IMG/VR virus record: IMGVR_UViG_3300027608_000027
DNA from: an uncultured virus (IMG/VR IMGVR_UViG_3300027608_000027)
Taxonomy: Duplodnaviria > Heunggongvirae > Uroviricota > Caudoviricetes
DNA: 64,000 nucleotides
Reading direction: 5' to 3' (one strand)
Under the pieces are notes generated by a model, which was not told where the DNA came from, ran no database searches, and saw nothing but the letters and a program-made list of their open reading frames with translations. Of this stretch, positions 1-8,152 are shown one piece after another; positions within the stretch are counted from its first letter, which is position 1, and each line of letters starts with the position of its first letter. The translations under genes were made by a program, and so were the position numbers.

Positions 1-1
1 A

Positions 2-508
2 AAATGTACAGCTTGTGAAACTGAAAATGACTACGACATTGACCTAAAAGGCATGCTAGATTATTTTAATAACTTAAAATTTATTAATACTGTGGTTATC
101 AACGATTCGTTAACTATTAAAATTCGTCCCTTGCAGTACGATGAAATGAGTTATTTTAGTATAGAAAATTTTAAATTACAAAAAACTCTGTATCAAACAG
201 TTGAAATGGCTGACGCAGAAAAACAAAAACAGCTTGATCAAATTTACAAAGACCTTAGCGAACTACAACTACAATTATTTTTAACTGCTGTTGAACAAGT
301 TCAAACACCTGACGGTAATGTAGATGACAAAGCGTTTATTGAAGACTGGTTACGTAACACTGATAGAGATTCGTATAACAGTATTAAACTTAAATTAGAA
401 CAAAACAAAGAAACATGGAGCATGCCTAAGCAGCAGATAAAATGTGCTGCCTGCGGTCATGAAGATCATGTTAACGTCACCCTGGATCAATCAAATTTTT
501 TCGTATAA
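2..508 (+). CDS. T4 gp26-like baseplate hub/tail assembly chaperone (5'-truncated by window edge)
   Basis: Frame is open from position 2 (KCTACETENDYDIDL...), upstream of the track's ATG at 53. Two CxxC motifs (CTAC, CAAC) and a C-terminal ...SNFFV, as typical of gp26-like proteins of T4-like phages. Confidence 0.65.
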   Translation, partial: KCTACETENDYDIDLKGMLDYFNNLKFINTVVINDSLTIKIRPLQYDEMSYFSIENFKLQKTLYQTVEMADAEKQKQLDQIYKDLSELQLQLFLTAVEQVQTPDGNVDDKAFIEDWLRNTDRDSYNSIKLKLEQNKETWSMPKQQIKCAACGHEDHVNVTLDQSNFFV

Positions 509-735
509 AGTTACTTCGTCTCTCAAACTCTGAGATTGAAGCCTATATTAACAGTCTTGAAAATGATGCTAAAGGCATCAAAGATGAAATTTTTAGACTA
601 AGTTGGTATATGCGAGGCGGAGTAACTAGCCAAGAATTGTTTCACATTTACTCTTATGAAGATAGAGTGTTAATTAATGACATTGTCAAAGACAACATTG
701 AAGCAACTAAAAAGTCTGGCTTAAATTTAATTTAA
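499..735 (+). CDS. gp51-like extension in the -1 frame, probably reached by programmed frameshift from the upstream ORF (or a 41-aa ORF from ATG 610)
   Basis: Frame open 475-735 (…RIKLLRLSNSEIEAYINSLENDAKGIKDEIFRLSWYMRGGVTSQELFHIYSYEDRVLINDIVKDNIEATKKSGLNLI*). No ATG/GTG/TTG before 610. Slippery A AAT TTT TTC at 493-502. Confidence 0.6.
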   Translation, partial: FRIKLLRLSNSEIEAYINSLENDAKGIKDEIFRLSWYMRGGVTSQELFHIYSYEDRVLINDIVKDNIEATKKSGLNLI

Positions 736-1878
736 CACTTCCGGCGGATAAGAAGCGCCAGGCTTCTTGGGAATAGCTGCTAGTGGATTAGGTTTGCCAG
801 CTTGTTTGGCTCTCCACAGTTCGTTTTTAATCTTTGGGCTTAGTAATACGTCTCTGCTGGTAGTTAGATAACCATCGTAATCAGTTACCAGCACATCATT
901 TACGTAGACTTTCTTAGCATTACGTGCTGAATCTTGAGCTGCTGCCGCATCTTTTTCTGCTTGAGTTGGTGTTAGTTTAGATTTAACAGCATCTGGCACT
1001 TTAATATCTAATCCTGTTTCTTTACTGACCCATTTAGCAGCTTGATCACCAAGCTCAACAAGTTTATCTATGGCAAATGCTGTAGCTTCTCCTAACTCTT
1101 TTGTTACATATCTACCTAAAGTAATTAATATACCATTGCTCCAATAGCGTAAGAATTCTATACCTTGGGGACTAGATATCCATGCTGTTAATGCTAGCCT
1201 AACACTGGTGGCCATAGTTGAATTGCTGCCACTTAGTTTAGTAATTACCCATCCTAGACCTTTTAAAGGATAACCAATAACTGGTCCTATTCCCGGTATT
1301 ATTTTTATTGCAGATCCTAACACACTGACAAATTTACCTGCAATACCCACAACTGCTAACATTTGAGCAGTTGCGTATCCTAATAGTTCTTCACGAGTTT
1401 CCAAAGCCTTTGCTCTAGCTTCTTCTACAGATTCCATGCTTGCAAACATGTTATCAGATGAAAGCTCTTTTCCTTTTTCGCTAGCTGCCTTAAATTCTTC
1501 AAAATCTTCTTCTACGGCAGCAATTTGAGTTAGGTAATTATAAACAATTACACCTACACCCAGTGTTTGGAGTACTGTGCTAGCACTTGCTATACCTTCT
1601 TTGGCTTTGGCGGCTGCAGTAGCACTTGCAGCAGCTCTCTTAGCAATCATGTCAATACGTTCTTGACCTTTTAATCCTTTAAGGTCATACTTGCTTTGAC
1701 CAAATATATTTTTTTCCTGCCTAGCTTTTCTAGCAGCTTGTGCTGCTTTTAGATCTTTACTTCGTTTATATCCTCTATATGCCTTTTGTACAGCATTAGC
1801 ACCTCTTGTTACTCCGGGAATAACTCCAAGGATTTCGTCAACTTGCTGTTCTTCGGATATAATCTCGTATATTTTCAT
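727..1878 (-). CDS. Hypothetical virion (internal head/ejection-like) protein with hydrophobic helices
   Basis: 383-aa ORF with TAAATA 7 nt upstream. N-terminus MKIYEIISEE resembles T4 capsid-targeting leaders. Ala-rich, with hydrophobic segments. Confidence 0.45.
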   Translation of the reverse strand: MKIYEIISEEQQVDEILGVIPGVTRGANAVQKAYRGYKRSKDLKAAQAARKARQEKNIFGQSKYDLKGLKGQERIDMIAKRAAASATAAAKAKEGIASASTVLQTLGVGVIVYNYLTQIAAVEEDFEEFKAASEKGKELSSDNMFASMESVEEARAKALETREELLGYATAQMLAVVGIAGKFVSVLGSAIKIIPGIGPVIGYPLKGLGWVITKLSGSNSTMATSVRLALTAWISSPQGIEFLRYWSNGILITLGRYVTKELGEATAFAIDKLVELGDQAAKWVSKETGLDIKVPDAVKSKLTPTQAEKDAAAAQDSARNAKKVYVNDVLVTDYDGYLTTSRDVLLSPKIKNELWRAKQAGKPNPLAAIPKKPGASYPPEVLN

Positions 1879-1894
1879 AGTATTGTATTTATTA

Positions 1895-2335
1895 ATGATG
1901 TACTGCGTACATCTGTTCTTCGCTTTGCAGCTCGAACTATTGTCTTTTATTTAATTATGATTAATGCGAAGCATTTAAATATTATCTAGATTGTTCAGTC
2001 ACACTTTGCCCTTGCGGGCAAAGAAATAAAATTCAACATTATCTGAGTTGCACATTTATCACTTAGCGTTACAGCATTACAGAGGCGGTCATCCGGTACC
2101 TCGAGCTGTGTCTTTATTATGACGGCGGCCTACTAACATACGCTAACATGCTAGCAAACGTGGGGCTTATTTCCCCTCTTTTTGCCTTTGATTTTCCTTT
2201 AAACAACCAAACCGCGGCAGCTTTGCGATCCTCGTCCTGTAAAGGATAGTGGTTGAGTACTCTTAACGGCGAGAGATTTCTGTCCCTGCGATCCGAGATC
2301 CAGGTGTAGAGCGCACGAAATTAGCCTGCGCCAGC
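1895..2335 (-). ncRNA. Candidate large structured non-coding RNA (family not recognised)
   Basis: No credible ORF and visibly GC-richer than the rest of the window. Multiple hairpins. On the minus strand there are two GCAA (GNRA) tetraloop hairpins (2004-2023, 1915-1937) and a 10-bp stem with three G-U pairs (2131-2156) that would be A-C mismatches on the plus strand. Confidence 0.6.
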
Positions 2336-2336
2336 G

Positions 2337-2774
2337 TTAACCGTTTAATTGTTTGCCTTTGATATGACTTCCGTGTACACGAACAGCAATATGTCCGTTG
2401 TAATAGTTGTCACTTTCGAGAACTTTGCGAGTGAATTGTTCTCTTGCCTCTATGTATGAGCATTCAGCCTTTGATGTGCAGTAGTAAAGTATTTCTCTTT
2501 TGAAATTTTCTGTGCCTAGAGTTTCTACGTCTTTTGTTAAGTGGTCGCTGGAGCCATAGTATTCACGCCAGTCTGAATCAATTTTAGATCGAATCTTCTT
2601 TTTCTTCTTCGTGCCGTTTTTGAGTTTTATTGTTTTGTAAGTTGTTTTAGAGAATTTTGCTAATTTCTTGCCTATATACATGCGACCAGTGATGTTATTA
2701 GTGATACAATAGACGAATCCGATACATTCTTCAGGAAGAGTTTCGACTATTGCGTTTTGATAATACCATGACAT
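2337..2774 (-). CDS. Stand-alone GIY-YIG (Seg/DenA-like) endonuclease
   Basis: GFVYCITN...MYIGKK, then SDWREYYGSS, FKREIL, catalytic E in YIEAREQ, and YYN. Lys-rich insertion KNGTKKKKKIRSK. Confidence 0.8.
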   Translation of the reverse strand: MSWYYQNAIVETLPEECIGFVYCITNNITGRMYIGKKLAKFSKTTYKTIKLKNGTKKKKKIRSKIDSDWREYYGSSDHLTKDVETLGTENFKREILYYCTSKAECSYIEAREQFTRKVLESDNYYNGHIAVRVHGSHIKGKQLNG

Positions 2775-2777
2775 CAA

Positions 2778-3041
2778 CTAGTTAGTGTCTGTGCCTTTAT
2801 CTGCCTGTTGTTTTTGAGCAAGCTGTTCTGCTCTATATTTTGGTGATTTAATTCTAGGTTTAAGTTTGCGAGTTTCTAATATATCCACTCTAAGTGCGCT
2901 GGCAATTCGTCTAATATCTGATAAATGTGCGCGAGTTCGCATACCACTGGCATGCGACTCAGTAGTTGCCCAATTTTGATAGTCCTCAAAGTAAGCTCTG
3001 AATTCTTTCATTAAACGATCGTGCAACTCTTCGTAATTCAT
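2778..3041 (-). CDS. Small basic protein, histone H1-like Hc1 family-like
   Basis: 87 aa; motif ASGMRTRAHLSDIRRIASALRVDI resembles the 'AGxRARxxLxEIxK...RxEI' motif of phage Hc1-like proteins. Confidence 0.4.
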   Translation of the reverse strand: MNYEELHDRLMKEFRAYFEDYQNWATTESHASGMRTRAHLSDIRRIASALRVDILETRKLKPRIKSPKYRAEQLAQKQQADKGTDTN

Positions 3042-4816
3042 TCTTCTATTTCTAAATCATTTGCATAGCTAGTAAAGCCGTTTTCTTTAACGACCTTAAG
3101 AACATTATTCACACGACCTATTAATTCATCTTTGTGACTGATCAAATAGATATTCTTATTACGCTCACGTGCCATTTTCTTTAGTACTGCCAGCGCATTT
3201 TCAACACCATTAGCATCTAAGCCGTTATCAATAAGCTCGTCAATGAATAACAAGTTAATGTTTTGATATAAACTTTCCCACACATCACGGAAACTCCAGC
3301 TTAACCCAAGTATTAAACGATTACGTTCACCACGTGACAAGTTATCAAAATCTAGATCCTGTCCCAACTGTGTGATTTCAACGTTTAAGTCGTTTAAGAA
3401 ACTTACTTGATGCGGCAACCCCATCTTATCGAGATAGTAGGTTAATCTATTGTTCAAGTAGGCAAGGTTTTGATCTATGATCTTCTTACGAATAAACGAA
3501 TCCTTATTTGTCAGTAACTTTAGCAAGAACTCTTGATGATCCTTTAGCAAAGTTAATGCGTTAATGTTATCCCATGATATTTCTTGAATAGCGGTATGAC
3601 GTAATTCATCAATCTGTTCTTGATAAGGATCTTTTTCTTGTTGTCTATTACCTAATGCAGTTTCTAAACTAGCAAGATTATTCTGATGCTTGAGTGCTTC
3701 TTCTAAGGTGTCATAGTAAGTTTGAGGCCTACCATTGATATCACCTATAGTTTCTAACTCTTGCATAACACTAGCATAGCTGTCGCTAACGCCCTGCAGA
3801 TAAATCATAGCATCTGCTAAATTCTTTTCTGCATTAGCAGTCATTTCTTCATGTTTATGACTGTGTAATCCTTGTTCACATGCAGGACACGTTTTGTTTT
3901 TTAACTGTTCTGATTCTTTAGTGTATTTGGTTACAGCCTTATCTGCTTGTATCACAGCAGTTTCAAGTGTTGATTTTTCTTTGTTAAGACTTTTAATCTT
4001 AGCACTTAGTTCATCATAACTTTTGAGTTTAGCATGTTGTTCTAATTCACGATCAATGTCTACACTTTGTAGTTCAGTGATACTTTGTGCAATTTTTGCA
4101 CAGTCTGTTTTTTGTTGAGAATACCAAGCTGACTGTCTAGTTTCTAAACCAGTAATACTTAACTGTATTTTTTCGTTAGATTTTTTAGCAGCCTCGATAT
4201 CAGCATTTTCTTGATAGATCGAATCTTTAGATATCCGTATCTGTTCTTTTAACAGATCAGCTTTCTCACTGAGTAAGGTAATACCTAGTAACTGTTCAAT
4301 AATTTCTCTCTGCTCATTGGCTTTTAAACTAAGGAACGGCTCTGTATAAGTGTTAAGAGCAACTATATGCCTAAACATATCGTGACTCATTTCTAATAAT
4401 TCACTAATATCTTTCTGCGTTTCTCGCATGTCACCTTGACTATCATCAGTTTCTTCTGTGACTAGCTCTTCGTCATTAACATAAAATTTCATCACAGTAG
4501 GCTTACGTCCCCGCTCAATTTTATATTTGTTGTTGTCTTTCTCAAAAGTAAGCGTAACCAACATGTTTTTATTATTAATCTTGTTAATTAAGTTATCTTT
4601 CTTGATATTAGTTAGGGCAGTACCGTATAGTGCAAAGCTAAGAGCATTTACAATGGTAGTTTTACCCGTGCCATTACGACTTCCACTATCATCTCCACCT
4701 TGATCTAAGTTTTCACCTAGCACCAAAGTTAAATGTTCACGAGTAAAATTTACAGCTTGGGTTTGATTACCCACGCTCATAAAGTTTTTCACGGTTAATT
4801 CTTTTAATTTTATCAT
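3038..4816 (-). CDS. Recombination endonuclease ATPase subunit (T4 gp46 / SbcC / Rad50-like)
   Basis: Walker A NGTGKTT, coiled coils with zinc hook CPAC, signature LSRGE, Walker B FIDE, and H-loop ISH. Confidence 0.95.
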   Translation of the reverse strand: MIKLKELTVKNFMSVGNQTQAVNFTREHLTLVLGENLDQGGDDSGSRNGTGKTTIVNALSFALYGTALTNIKKDNLINKINNKNMLVTLTFEKDNNKYKIERGRKPTVMKFYVNDEELVTEETDDSQGDMRETQKDISELLEMSHDMFRHIVALNTYTEPFLSLKANEQREIIEQLLGITLLSEKADLLKEQIRISKDSIYQENADIEAAKKSNEKIQLSITGLETRQSAWYSQQKTDCAKIAQSITELQSVDIDRELEQHAKLKSYDELSAKIKSLNKEKSTLETAVIQADKAVTKYTKESEQLKNKTCPACEQGLHSHKHEEMTANAEKNLADAMIYLQGVSDSYASVMQELETIGDINGRPQTYYDTLEEALKHQNNLASLETALGNRQQEKDPYQEQIDELRHTAIQEISWDNINALTLLKDHQEFLLKLLTNKDSFIRKKIIDQNLAYLNNRLTYYLDKMGLPHQVSFLNDLNVEITQLGQDLDFDNLSRGERNRLILGLSWSFRDVWESLYQNINLLFIDELIDNGLDANGVENALAVLKKMARERNKNIYLISHKDELIGRVNNVLKVVKENGFTSYANDLEIEE

Positions 4817-5826
4817 AGGCTATTATAAATGCTCAGTAACACTTTGGTATCAAATGTATCGGATTGAATGCTTACAAGTTGATTTGATACAATCTGATCA
4901 ACACTCTCAAACTTTTGAATGTCAATGTCAGTGTTAATTTCTACTTCTTTCTTTTCAGGAATCAGCGTCATTTCTCTAATTGAATAGTCTTGCATAAACT
5001 TTTCTTTGATAAAACTAGCTTCTTCATAACTAATATCAATATCTAAACTTACACGCAGATGTTGTTTAGGCAATATAATTGAATCAGCTTCATCGATTAG
5101 TTTGCTAAGTTTAATGGTGCGGAATGTAGGTTGATCCGGCCATGAGTAATATTCAGGTTGCTTATCCCATTCTAAAATCATCATACCACGATCATCGTCC
5201 CAGGTATCTGCATAGTTGTGGGGAAAAGCATTACCAATGTAAATCATATTGCCTTTTTGTTGGCGTTTATGAAAGTGCCCACTAAACCCTAACTCATAAC
5301 CTTTAAAACTATCTAATGCAATTTCTCCATGGTCAGGCATCTGCACCATTGCATTCATAAAGAAGCTAGGCAATTCAAAGTGACCAAAGATATACTTTCC
5401 ACCTTTCTTGCCTATTGACTTCCATTCGTCTCCGACAAGCCAAGGACATAGAGTAACGTTACCAATAGTAGTGGGCTCATGCACCACAGTGACTCCAGGA
5501 ATGTACTTTCCGAATTCAACTGAGTGGATGTCCCGCTTATCTTTGTAGTAAAGATCATGATTGCCAGGAAAGAAATAAAACTTATCGAACGCCTGTCCTA
5601 GTTTTTCAAGGGCTCTAAGACTATAATCCATTGTAGTAATATTAAGGCTATTACGGTTATGGTGCCAATCGCCCATAAAGATTCCGACGTCACATCCTTC
5701 CTCTTTGGCTTTAGCAATATACCAATCTACAAAGTCTTCGCAATCTTGATTATGCGTTGAACTATTAGATTTTAATCCAAAGTGTATGTCCGTGAAACAG
5801 GCTACTCGTTTAAAAAGGTTACTCAA
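4813..5826 (-). CDS. Recombination endonuclease nuclease subunit (T4 gp47 / SbcD / Mre11-like)
   Basis: Metallophosphoesterase motifs TDIHFG, GDWHH, GNHD, GHFH. TTG start preceded by GGAGA. Adjacent to gp46. Confidence 0.95.
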   Translation of the reverse strand: MSNLFKRVACFTDIHFGLKSNSSTHNQDCEDFVDWYIAKAKEEGCDVGIFMGDWHHNRNSLNITTMDYSLRALEKLGQAFDKFYFFPGNHDLYYKDKRDIHSVEFGKYIPGVTVVHEPTTIGNVTLCPWLVGDEWKSIGKKGGKYIFGHFELPSFFMNAMVQMPDHGEIALDSFKGYELGFSGHFHKRQQKGNMIYIGNAFPHNYADTWDDDRGMMILEWDKQPEYYSWPDQPTFRTIKLSKLIDEADSIILPKQHLRVSLDIDISYEEASFIKEKFMQDYSIREMTLIPEKKEVEINTDIDIQKFESVDQIVSNQLVSIQSDTFDTKVLLSIYNSL

Positions 5827-5846
5827 TATAGTATCTCCATTTATCT

Positions 5847-5875
5847 ATTATAGTTGTTTTAAGGCTACAGGTCAA
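5847..5875 (-). promoter_or_regulatory. sigma70-type promoter for gp47/gp46
   Basis: Minus strand TTGACC-N17-TATAAT. Confidence 0.75.
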
Positions 5876-6696
5876 TCGGCAGTTTCGTCGAATCGTTTTA
5901 ATGCTGCCTGATGTTCGCCTTCACCAGTTCGACTATAACTAGGATTCATACCATTGATTTCTAATAGATCATCACGAATATTTTGACTACGTTTTTCAAT
6001 ATTAATAATCCTAACAAACGAATTAGTCACCGCGGCGGTAAAGTAAGCAAATGGATTGTTTGATTTTGATTCGTCAAACTGTAGACCAATTTGTGTTAAC
6101 TGTAGAATAGCTTGACCTTTCATTTCATCGTTGTATGTATAACCCCTAACATTTCCACGGGTAGCATATCGTTCACACAATTTAATGTACATTCGAGCCA
6201 ATGTATTAGTAATCTGTCCGTGGTCCTTATTAAACTTTCCAGTTTCTAAGTCTCCCTTCCAATGACTTTTTCCAACGCATACTAGGATATCGTTTTCATT
6301 AAATTTCCAATGTTGGAACGGCGGAAAGTTTACTTTGTCTCTATGGTCAGCAAGTGTTTTAGGATTCTTTTTACGTGTATTGTTTAAGGGAATATGATCG
6401 AAAGTCATAATTCTAAATACTAAATCTTGTTTAGGAATTTTTTTATAATCTACTTCGCAGTCTGCAATTTTTACTTTTTCACCTGCTGCCTTACGACTAG
6501 CATAAGCTTCTTGACTCATTCGTTTTGCCTGTGCTCGTTTGGCCTCTGCAACAGTTCGAATGTTAATTTTATCAACGGTTGGTAGAATAAGATCGTATTG
6601 ATGATATTCTGGATTGACAAAACTACAAAATGTATTTTTGCTTTTGTGTATTTCTTCTAATAAATCTTTGTTGTTTAAGTAGTTAACTTTAGTCAT
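5872..6696 (-). CDS. Late-transcription sigma factor (T4 gp55-like)
   Basis: NYLNNKDLL...RGYTYNDEM...FDESKSNNPFAYFT...F..I..EK motifs of the gp55 family; synteny with gp47/46. Start moved to ATG 6696 (AGGA upstream) because ATG 6717 overlaps the -10 box. Confidence 0.85.
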   Translation of the reverse strand: MTKVNYLNNKDLLEEIHKSKNTFCSFVNPEYHQYDLILPTVDKINIRTVAEAKRAQAKRMSQEAYASRKAAGEKVKIADCEVDYKKIPKQDLVFRIMTFDHIPLNNTRKKNPKTLADHRDKVNFPPFQHWKFNENDILVCVGKSHWKGDLETGKFNKDHGQITNTLARMYIKLCERYATRGNVRGYTYNDEMKGQAILQLTQIGLQFDESKSNNPFAYFTAAVTNSFVRIINIEKRSQNIRDDLLEINGMNPSYSRTGEGEHQAALKRFDETAD

Positions 6697-6715
6697 ATCA
6701 TTCCTAATTACATAC

Positions 6716-6744
6716 ATTATAAACTACGCAGTTTATTTTGTCAA
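6716..6744 (-). promoter_or_regulatory. Consensus sigma70 promoter for the late sigma gene, with a 7-bp inverted repeat
   Basis: TTGACA-N17-TATAAT; ATAAACT-acgc-AGTTTAT at 6719-6736. Confidence 0.85.
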
Positions 6745-6745
6745 C

Positions 6746-6751
6746 TAAATA
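6746..6751 (+). promoter_or_regulatory. Putative late promoter (TAAATA) of the baseplate operon
   Basis: TAAATA upstream of AAGGAG and ATG 6773. The same motif occurs upstream of other structural genes. Confidence 0.65.
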
Positions 6752-6772
6752 CACTGACAAAGGAGTCCAATA

Positions 6773-7852
6773 ATGCCAAATTTTGATCCAGGCGCAGGTA
6801 TACGAACTATCGGGCAAGCCGCCTCATCTTTAGGATCCAATGCTGTTTCAGCAATGGGCGCATTAGGATCTGTTGCAGGAACAGTGAGTAGAGTTGCAGG
6901 TGCGTTAAATAATTTATCAAATCCTGCGGCATTAGTGTCGGCATTACGGAGCGCAAATTTGCCCACAGGCGGCAATGCACTTGGACAAATTTTCAGTGCC
7001 GGAGCACAGTTTGTGGGTAGTGATGCTAGTAACGATTGGCGTGTTAGACTTAGTATGCCCAGCACTCCAATTTACACAGGGAGCCCAGTACTACAACCAT
7101 TAGTACGTGCAGGCGGCCTAGTGTGGCCCTTTACTCCTTCAATTGCAATTAGTTCGTCGGCTAACTATGAACCCACTGCAATCACACATCAAAACTACAA
7201 TTTCTTAAGCTATCAAAATAGTAAATCGGACTCTATTACGATTAACGGTGCATTTCACGTAGAAGATGCAATACAAGCACAGTACTGGATAGCCGCAGTA
7301 CACTATCTAAGATCTATTACTAAAATGTTCAGCGGTGACATGGGTAAAGAAGCTGGTAATCCTCCTCCTATTGTGTTATTAAATGGCTACGGAGATTATG
7401 TGTTTAAAAATATACCTGTAGTTGTTACAAATTTTTCTTGCGAACTACCATCAGACGTAAATTATATTTCTACTAATGTAGGGTCAGAAGGATCAATGGG
7501 TGGATTTGGTATGGCATCTGGAGGCGGCATGTCATCTATTGAAAGCATATCAGCAACTACCGGAGCACTTGCTGGACTAGCCGGAGCATTTGGTGCAGGT
7601 AAAGCCGCAAGGGCGTTAGGCGCAGTGAGTGCAGCATCAGGCGTAGTCAACGGCGTTAAAAATTTACTAAGCGCATCCGGTGGCGGAGGAGGAACTTCAG
7701 GTTCAGCATCCGGAGGCGCAACGCATGTTCCTGTAAAGAGTAATATTTCAGTAACGGTAATGCCTGTCTACAGTAGAGAAGATGTTAGGAAATTTAATCT
7801 TGGCGATTTTGTCAACGGCAAATATGTCAATAATATTCCGGGGTATAATTAA
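6773..7852 (+). CDS. Baseplate/tail-tube initiator-like protein
   Basis: DWRVRLS...FTPSI...GNPPPIVLLNGYGDYVFKNIPVVVTNFS motif typical of tube-fold baseplate proteins; first gene of the baseplate module; Gly/Ala-rich insertions. Confidence 0.55.
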   Translation: MPNFDPGAGIRTIGQAASSLGSNAVSAMGALGSVAGTVSRVAGALNNLSNPAALVSALRSANLPTGGNALGQIFSAGAQFVGSDASNDWRVRLSMPSTPIYTGSPVLQPLVRAGGLVWPFTPSIAISSSANYEPTAITHQNYNFLSYQNSKSDSITINGAFHVEDAIQAQYWIAAVHYLRSITKMFSGDMGKEAGNPPPIVLLNGYGDYVFKNIPVVVTNFSCELPSDVNYISTNVGSEGSMGGFGMASGGGMSSIESISATTGALAGLAGAFGAGKAARALGAVSAASGVVNGVKNLLSASGGGGGTSGSASGGATHVPVKSNISVTVMPVYSREDVRKFNLGDFVNGKYVNNIPGYN

Positions 7853-8151
7853 TGGCTACTTATAAAAATACAAGTCCGTGGAAAGATACGCAAATAAAAA
7901 ATAACTATCTAGGCATACTTCGTATTAGAACAGTGCCTGCAGAATCAGATGACTATCTCTACACAATAGAACCTCAATATAATTTTAGACCTGATTTGTT
8001 GGCCTACGACCTTTACAAAGAACCTAAACTTTGGTGGGTTTTTATGCAGAGAAATTTAGACATATTACAAGATCCAATTTATGATTTTGTTGCTGGAACT
8101 AAGATATACATACCTAAAGGCGATAGTTTAAACAAACTGTTGGGATTATAA
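7852..8151 (+). CDS. Baseplate wedge protein, gp53/LysM-like
   Basis: RPDLLAYDLY...LWWVF..RN...DPI.DF..G..IYIP motif; position in the module. Confidence 0.75.
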   Translation: MATYKNTSPWKDTQIKNNYLGILRIRTVPAESDDYLYTIEPQYNFRPDLLAYDLYKEPKLWWVFMQRNLDILQDPIYDFVAGTKIYIPKGDSLNKLLGL

Positions 8152-8152
8152 C

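Noticed and set aside
1786..1989. 67-aa plus-strand ORF from the track
   Set aside because: Non-ATG start, antisense to a real gene and running into the hairpin region; no RBS.
1895..2335. tmRNA, RNase P RNA or tRNA
   Set aside because: No tRNA-like acceptor/T-arm ending in CCA, no tag frame ending in AA*, and no GAGGAAAGUCC RNase P motif.
1895..2777. Group I intron carrying a GIY-YIG homing endonuclease
   Set aside because: The flanking genes look intact (2778-3041 has its own stop; 1878 has its own start and promoter motif), so there are no split exons. I could not identify P7/catalytic-core sequences.
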